DNA of 55,424 nt, filler included, from Trichosphaerium sp. ATCC 40318 (lineage: Eukaryota > Protista > Tubulinea), in NCBI GenBank assembly GCA_038496445.1. It is 3 parts of 3 records of this genome, joined end to end, with 100 filler letters (N's around TTAATTAATTAA, not from the genome) between each part and the next. Parts side by side here need not be neighbours in the genome. Positions count along the whole stretch, not along the records: positions 34,156 to 55,424 come from JALMLS010000286.1; 2 more parts are not named here. One strand, written 5' to 3'. The notes under the pieces are model-generated. The model was given only the letters and a program-made list of their open reading frames with translations, searched no databases and was not told the DNA's origin. Below are positions 48,499 through 55,424 of the stretch, one piece after another. Both the position numbers and the translations under genes were made by a program. Every line of letters begins with the position of its first letter. The first letter of the stretch is position 1.

Positions 48499-49790
48499 TT
48501 AACAGAGTTTTTAATTCGTGATTTGAGTGAAGAATGGAATAGTTTTTTTTTTAAGCAAGAAAACCAATTTGTGACTCAACCGATGTAATCTTCTTCAAGG
48601 TCATATGAGATGACAGTAAGGGACAAGTATTGAATATAACACATGTACCTTTTGATATTAATAAATAATATTTGTACCAAGTTAATGGTTAAAATTACTG
48701 TCTTGTTGTCACTCATTTTTCTTAATGTTAAACAATAACTTTGAATAAAATACACAATGCTATGATAACAACGTCACAGGCTTTATTCAGGGGCAAAAAA
48801 CAAATATAAATTATTTTTGTCCTTTTTTCAAAAACTACACTTTAAAATTTATTTTTTCTTTCTCATATCATCACTTTGTCATCATAACAGCTAAAATGCT
48901 TTTATTTGACCACAATACAGGTGTTTTATCTGTCATGTTGAGTATTTAGATGTTTTAAATTTTATGACAATTGTTATTGTAGGTTTTATAAAATAACAAA
49001 ATTGTAAAAACTAAACCTTCAACAATCCAAACAAAGTTTATTTTCTCAACCATAATATACAATCTGATAAATATGTTCAGTTTCATTGTTTATAAGCATA
49101 TAAATCACCTTTAAGAAAAAAAAAAGCCTGTCAAATCATTTTCTCTGTATACAATGTACTGTTCAGTTTTTAAATGTTATGTGACACTCTTGTGTGACGT
49201 GTCTAATGACTTGATAGACTGATATACACTTTTTAGATAAAGCCATGTAATGCAATTATCAGTATGCTCAGTTTTCATTGCTTACATGTATATATACTCT
49301 TTGTAGTGGTTTGAGTATTACTCACATAATTTTTTACATATTCTCTCAAAAAAATTATTGCATATTTCTTGTAGAATTCACTTAATATTTTAGAAAGACT
49401 TTTTGTGAAAATAACATCAAAATACATTATTTCAATAATTCTGGAAATTCCATATTTTCAAAAATATTATGGTAATTTATCAAAAATCCTGCTGTAAACT
49501 ATAAACATTTTGTGACATGATTTGCTCATACTACACAATGCAAGTAAATGGGTTTGATCACATGGTAAACTATGTCAATTGAAGTTTTGTTCTAAAAATA
49601 TGGCAACACTGAATAGATTTACAAATCAGTTGCTTGTTTTCAGATTTATGCAAACTATTTTGTTTTAAAAACTGGCGGCTAGAATAAAAAAAAAAAGAGT
49701 GTAGATAAAAAATCACATGTCAACACACGGAGGGGCACGAAGATGAAAAGGGACAAGAATGAATACATTGAAGATATCAGAATACAATTT

Positions 49791-50188
49791 AGTCGGGCCT
49801 CTGCCTCAGCAGGTCGTCGCACCCGAAGGCTTGAGCGACTCCCTAGCTTACAACAGTAAATGCCCTAAGACCCTGTTCGAGTTCCCGTGGTTTACGGGGC
49901 CCCTGCGGGCGTTTGCTAAGACGTGCTACTTGTGCCATAGTGTAGAACCTTTGCGGGCCGAAGCCTTTCGTTCGAGGAGGCGCAGCAACGACAATGTCGC
50001 CGCGCGGCTCTTGGCGGCTGGGTTTCCGACTTTAGAGGCCTTCAGCCGTACTCCCAATGGCGTGGCTTCGCGAACCGCCCTCTCGGACGTCCGCGGACAC
50101 TAGAGGCCACCGATGCCCGTTCCTCTCGTACTGAGGCATCGCTACCGACGACGCGCATGTTAATAAAATAGGCCCACCAGTAGGGTAA

Positions 50189-50232
<44 letters not shown>

Positions 50233-50948
50233 GTAAGTGGGTGAACAATCCAACCCTTGGAGCATTCTGCTACACCTGGATAGGAAGAGCCGACATCGAA
50301 GAATCAAAAAGTCGCGTCGCTCTGAGCGCTTGGCGACCACAAGCCAGTTATCCCTATGGTAATTTTTCTGTCACCCCAGTGTCAGGTTACATGACTAGTC
50401 ACGAGGGATCTCTAGGCCTCCCGTTAGGGTGCAAGAGCGATGGCTCCACTCTTGCTCAAGGGGGCTTTTAGCCTTGGCCTCTACGTGGGGTTTCTGTCCC
50501 CACTGAGCTCCCCTTAGGTCATCCGTGTTACCCTATAGCGGATGTGCCGCCCCAGCCAAACTCCCGGCCACGCGCTGTCCGCCTTAATGCTTGTCAAAGT
50601 CCGAAATCGGAAGGTAATCCGCACTTTCGATTGGGCCCGCCTCATCCTAAGAACCGACTTGTATGGTTCGAGCAGCGCCACGTCCTCCGAAGAGGCAGGC
50701 GCTTTCGCCCGTTTTGAATGCGTCTGGGGCCCGACCTCCGGAGTAGAAGTGTTACACCTTTCGTAAAAAACTACTTCCTACCCTATACCTCCAGTGCCAA
50801 GCCCCTAAGCGTGGTGAGAGTCAAACTCAACAGGGTCTTCTTTCCCCGCTGGTAGAAAAGTCGCCCGTTCGCGACTCTGTGGTTTCGCCACGGTCGGCGT
50901 AGGGACAGCGAGAACCTCATTCATCCATTCATGCGCGTCATTAGTTAC

Positions 50949-50998
<50 letters not shown>

Positions 50999-53614
50999 AA
51001 CCCGTGCTTGGGTGAAATTAAGCACCGCAACTTTCAAAGCACTGGGCAGGAGTCACCCTTTGTCAGACCTCAGAGGAGGTATCAAAGGGCTAAGTTTTAA
51101 GTAAACAGTTGGGTTCTCTAAGCTTCTGAGAGTTCCGCCATGATCCGCTTGTGGACCTCTTTGCAGGGACTGTGCGCCATTCCCGAAGGGGCTACACTGA
51201 AGTAGCGCAGACGCACGTCGTCCCGGGTCCCGGTCAGCAGAGCCAGCCCTTTTCCCGAAGTTACGGGCCGCGTATGCCGACTTCCCTTACGCCGTTTACA
51301 CCGTGCAGCGCCAGAGGTGACTAACCTAGGGGACCTGATGCGGTTTTCGGTACGGTATGAGCCTGGAGGACACTGAACACCCGAAAGTGTCGGCTTCGGA
51401 GAGGAGCAGCCTCGTGAGAACGAGCTCACCAACACCCCTAGAAAGCAAAAGTGCTTTCCCATTAGCTACCCTCGACTCTTTCCCTTCGCCGCTTTACGTG
51501 GCTCCGGGGAGTTTCCCTCGAATAGCTTAGGCGCGGGAGAAGGCCCCGCAGAAGTGTGGTTGCTCGCGTGCGCTCTCTCTCTCAGTGTTGCCACTTCTAA
51601 AGCAAATGCATCCTCCTTACCCATGCCCTGGATTACTCACCAGGTTGCCTTTCGCCGAGTTGAAAGCATCGCAGACTTCCACCAGTTTCAGACAGTAAAG
51701 TCTATCAAAACTAGTGTCGTCTGCCAGCATCAAACAGTATACTCTATTAGGAGCTGGCTTAGGACCGGCTAACTCGCAGCTGAATGCCATCACCGCGAAA
51801 CCCTTCCCCACTTGGGCGACCTGGCTGTGATAAACACTGTTTCACCAGGCTCCAATTGCTACTACCACCAAGATCATCACTGCTGGTGGCTCCGGGTGGA
51901 CGCCACCGCCCCCCTTCTACGCCACCAGCACGCCGTCCTACCGCACCCTGGGCCGAGCCGGGGCGATCGCGCAGCGGCGGCTAAGGCAGTTTAGCGCCAT
52001 CCATTTTCGGCGCGTCCCAATTCGGCTGGTGAGAAGTTACTCACTCCTTAGAGGATGACGACTTCCATGTCCACCTTCCAGCTGTCTAAACTGGAACACC
52101 GCCTTCGTTGTCTTGGTTACTGCCTATTCGGGCGCCTTTGCTGCTGCTCGCGTTTAAAACCGTCTCGTCAGTCCTGCTTATCAAGACCGGCCCAATAGGG
52201 GTCCACCGTCTCGGTGACCACAGCCATTCGGCCTGTGGTCGGTCGCCTCTTATGTGTTTGATAATAGGTCGATGGCAACTTTGGCCTCCGATACCTCTTT
52301 CCAGTGGCTCTACGAGACGAGACCGGCGTCACGGACCCCCTCTATCCTTAGGGATACTTCGAACGGTACCAGCTACGTTGGCAGCTCGTTTGGTCTCTCG
52401 CCCCTATACCCAATGTCCGGCGAGCGATTTGCACGTCAGCAACGCTACGGGCGTCCAGCGGGATTTCTCCCGCCTTCCCCCTTTTCGGGTATAGATCGCT
52501 ACCTTTCGGGTATCGCCCAACGTACTATCGCCTGCCAAGAGAACAACGCCGGAGATGGCAAAGTGTATCTACTTCGGTATGACGTGTTTTTAATTACTTG
52601 CGTAACATAAAAACATGATAATAGCATAGTCGGTTTTTTATGTCGATCTTTGCAAACTTATACATGTAAAATGTAATACGTTTGTTTTTTTATAAAGAAC
52701 TTGACGGCCTAGGAGCTTATCCTTGGCTTCATTTCTGTGCGGGTTGGAGGTTTGATCTCTCACCCTCGCACGCTCGGCGAACTCCTTGATCCGTGTTTCA
52801 AGACGGGATACACGGAGGCCATGGCCCAATAAGGGCATAGAGCCTCATTGAGGTTGTGGACGATGAATGACGAGCTTCGTTCCTTTCGGAAGAAGACGTA
52901 CATTCGGAGGTTCCAGTAATTTCAGTGAACCAACATCATTTAAAGGTTTAAAAGTGCTTTTTGATGTCCTTTCAACCAAACCCACGTTTTTATGCTTTTC
53001 AGCTTGTAGGATGGTGTGGACAGCACAATTAGCCAGTATGACTTTTTTGTGTTAGTCACTTCTATGTTACCTTCCCCTCGACGTTTTGTTTCATTATAAT
53101 CTTCCAGGGCACAAGGCCCCGGTCGCTTTTCCCTCGCTACAAGAGCGTCTGCCATGTGCAGATTAGGTGCAGGGCACCTACGTACTCCGTGCCATTTGTA
53201 CCCTTGCCGGCTTCGGGTCTTTTAACCCTCTATCGAGGAGTGCTGTTTCAGTCTTCCCTCACGGTACTGGTGCGCTATCGGCCACCTCCCGATACTTAGC
53301 CTTGCCGGGTAACCTCCCGGTAACTTCGTATGGCACGGCCAAACCATACTACTCCTGGACGATGGGACTCTATTTCCTCGGTTGACAGCGTACGGGGCTC
53401 GCACCCTCTACGGCTACGACTCGTGCGTAATTCCCGTCAACGTCTGGAAGAGCCACCACGCCTTAGCCCACAACTCCGATGCTAGGCTCGGATTCAGGCT
53501 TGAGCTTGTCCCCTTTCGCTCGCCGCTACTCAGGGAGTCCCTTTTGGTTTCCTTTCCTCTGCCCCAATGATATGCTTAACTTAGGCAGGTCGCCAAGTGT
53601 AACTCAGGACGCAA
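49791..53614 (-). rRNA. 28S (LSU) rRNA, second copy
   Basis: Reverse complement of 37724-41553 with a few substitutions and indels. Confidence 0.97.
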
Positions 53615-53810
53615 GTTGTGTTTTTTAATGCTTTCTGTATATAGAACCAACCTTCCCTCTGAAGCTTCGCTTAAGTAAGCTAGGCATGAGTTCTGGAGGA
53701 ACATCACTTCCGGCAATTTATTAATTAGTTGTGGCAACCACTTTCTTTTTTTAGAAGATTAAGTGTGTACACCATACGCAGCACCAAATAAATTTAGTGT
53801 TTGTTTTGCT

Positions 53811-53976
53811 GGCGTCGCTGAGTCACGCTCCTTTGCCTGTGATTCGTGAGAATACAGAACGCGGCCTGAGGCATTCGGCAATGCCACCTTCAGATGAGAG
53901 CGATTCCGGTGGCTGGTTTCATAGTGATCCATGGCCTTCTTCGGGGGAGGTGCCTAACCGTTCACCGACAAGGTTT
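53811..53976 (-). rRNA. 5.8S rRNA, second copy
   Basis: Reverse complement of 37362-37527. Confidence 0.78.
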
Positions 53977-54210
53977 GGTTTCTTTCGAAAATCTTGACGT
54001 TCTTTATAGTCGTGCCACGACTGTGTTTTGGTTTGCCAAAATGGCGGTTGTGGAGCTGGCAGATATACAAGATATCACCACAGCAGAGGATGATATATCT
54101 TCACTTACCGAGGTAAGATTGGATTTACCAAACCAGAGCTGATACTCCAATTTCTTTTAAACTTGGTTAAAAGTTGGTTTAATTGCTTCTAAGGGTTAAA
54201 TACCAATAGT

Positions 54211-55424
54211 ATTGATCCTTCAGCAGGTTCACCTACTGAAACCTTGTTACGACTTCATCATCCTTTATGAGCGCAAGTTCGAGCAGGTTCGATAACCGGC
54301 AAGCCGGTCGTCCCCCCTGGTCTCACTCGCACCCACATCGGTCGATGCGACGGGCGGTGTGTACAAGCAACAGGGACAGATTCCAGGTGCGTTGATGACA
54401 CACCTGTACGAGGCATTCCGCGTTCGTGGCTACAGTTACAGCAACCAGTCCCTAAGCACGCATGTGTCTTTTCGGAGAAGCAGCATTGAGCACACTTAAC
54501 ATCCAAATCGACCACACGGTGCGCTTTCATGTATTTTTTTATGAACATTGCAGAAACTTACTTCATAATAAAGTTTGCCTTGGTAAAGATATAATCTTCC
54601 AAGTCAAAGCATTTAAGTGAAGAAGAAACCTTATTTGTTAATTTGAAACGATCCACAGCTCTTTCAATGTTTACACTAAGGAACAAAGTCCAAAGATGTA
54701 AGTTTTCATCTAACAGCGCTTCTCATCTTAACATTAAAGGAATTTAACTTCCTAAAAAGCCTCGACGAGGGGGTTAACTCTTTATATTAGGTTCAGGACA
54801 GACTTTGTTTTTGAAGGTGGTAGTTTCCGAAGGTGCGTTTAAGTGTAGTCGTATTTAGATAATTAAATCTGAGGTTTAACTCGCTGTCGTGAAGAAGTGT
54901 TCTGGCGGTTTCAGGGCTTGCCCGGATGCCTGTTCGGCCCAGGAACCCGTTGAACTAAGCAGTGTAGGCCGCGTGCGGCCCGGAATATCTGGGGGCATCC
55001 CGGATCTGTTATAGCCGCCGCTTCTTACGACTTTTCGCCGTCAGTCCTGCACAGGGGTCCCGCACGAGGCGGGGGAATCAATGTGACAGTAGCGATCTCG
55101 CCCGTTATCGGAATAAACCTGACAGATAAGTCCACGAGCCTAAAACGACCATGCACCACCGTTAGCTAACTCGGAAAAGACCCTTCAGTCTGTTCGTCCC
55201 CTTAGAGCGTCCGATCCCGGTAAGTTGTCGCGCGTTGAGTCAAATTGAGCCGCAGCCTCCAGAGCCTGGTGGTGTTGCTCCGTCAATGCCTTTAAGTTTC
55301 AGCCTTGCGACCATACTTCCCCCCTGGGCCCGATTACTTCGGTTTCCCGTGGGAACGGGCCCCGAGCCTTGGTTTGCCCGGCGCCCATTCAGTCGGCATC
55401 GTTTACTGTGGAGACTACACGGGT
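54211..55424 (-). rRNA. 18S (SSU) rRNA, second copy, 3' part only (runs off the window)
   Basis: TGATCCTTCAGCAGGTTCACCTAC, GACGGGCGGTGTGTACAA, CCGTCAATGCCTTTAAGTTTCAGCC. Confidence 0.97.

Larger units (their letters stand above)
35915..55424. repeat. Large inverted repeat: rDNA arm 35915-41645 vs 49699-55424 (continues beyond the window)
   Basis: Reverse-complement near-identity; inner boundary ...TTTTTTATCTACAC (41645) / GTGTAGATAAAAAA... (49699); mirrored ORF track. Confidence 0.97.

Overview
Eukaryotic (protist, amoebozoan-like by gene content; not assignable more precisely) AT-rich DNA made of three segments joined by N-runs carrying an artificial TTAATTAATTAA all-frame-stop linker (14495-14594, 34056-34155), so adjacency across the gaps is not evidence of linkage. 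Segment 1: intron-rich GH5 glycoside hydrolase, a secreted hypothetical protein, a type-B carboxylesterase and a head-to-head inverted gene duplication. Segment 2: a ubiquitin-like/vWA-motif protein, a pseudo-Ras-Roc-COR-ART(PARP-like)-receiver-like fusion gene, a non-autonomous TIR element, an ankyrin-ART gene with one repeat per exon, and the 3' end of a Der/EngA GTPase gene. Segment 3: two highly divergent rDNA units (18S-5.8S-28S) in convergent inverted orientation around an 8053-bp spacer. The spacer holds an intron-containing piggyBac-like transposon with ATAT target duplication and two SAP-like domains inside its catalytic core, knocked out by a poly(A)-tailed 835-bp retro-insertion with a 19-bp target-site duplication, followed by three related repeat units with a conserved core. 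GC-AG introns (GCACGT donors) recur unusually often. Exon boundaries and RNA ends were read by eye and are approximate.
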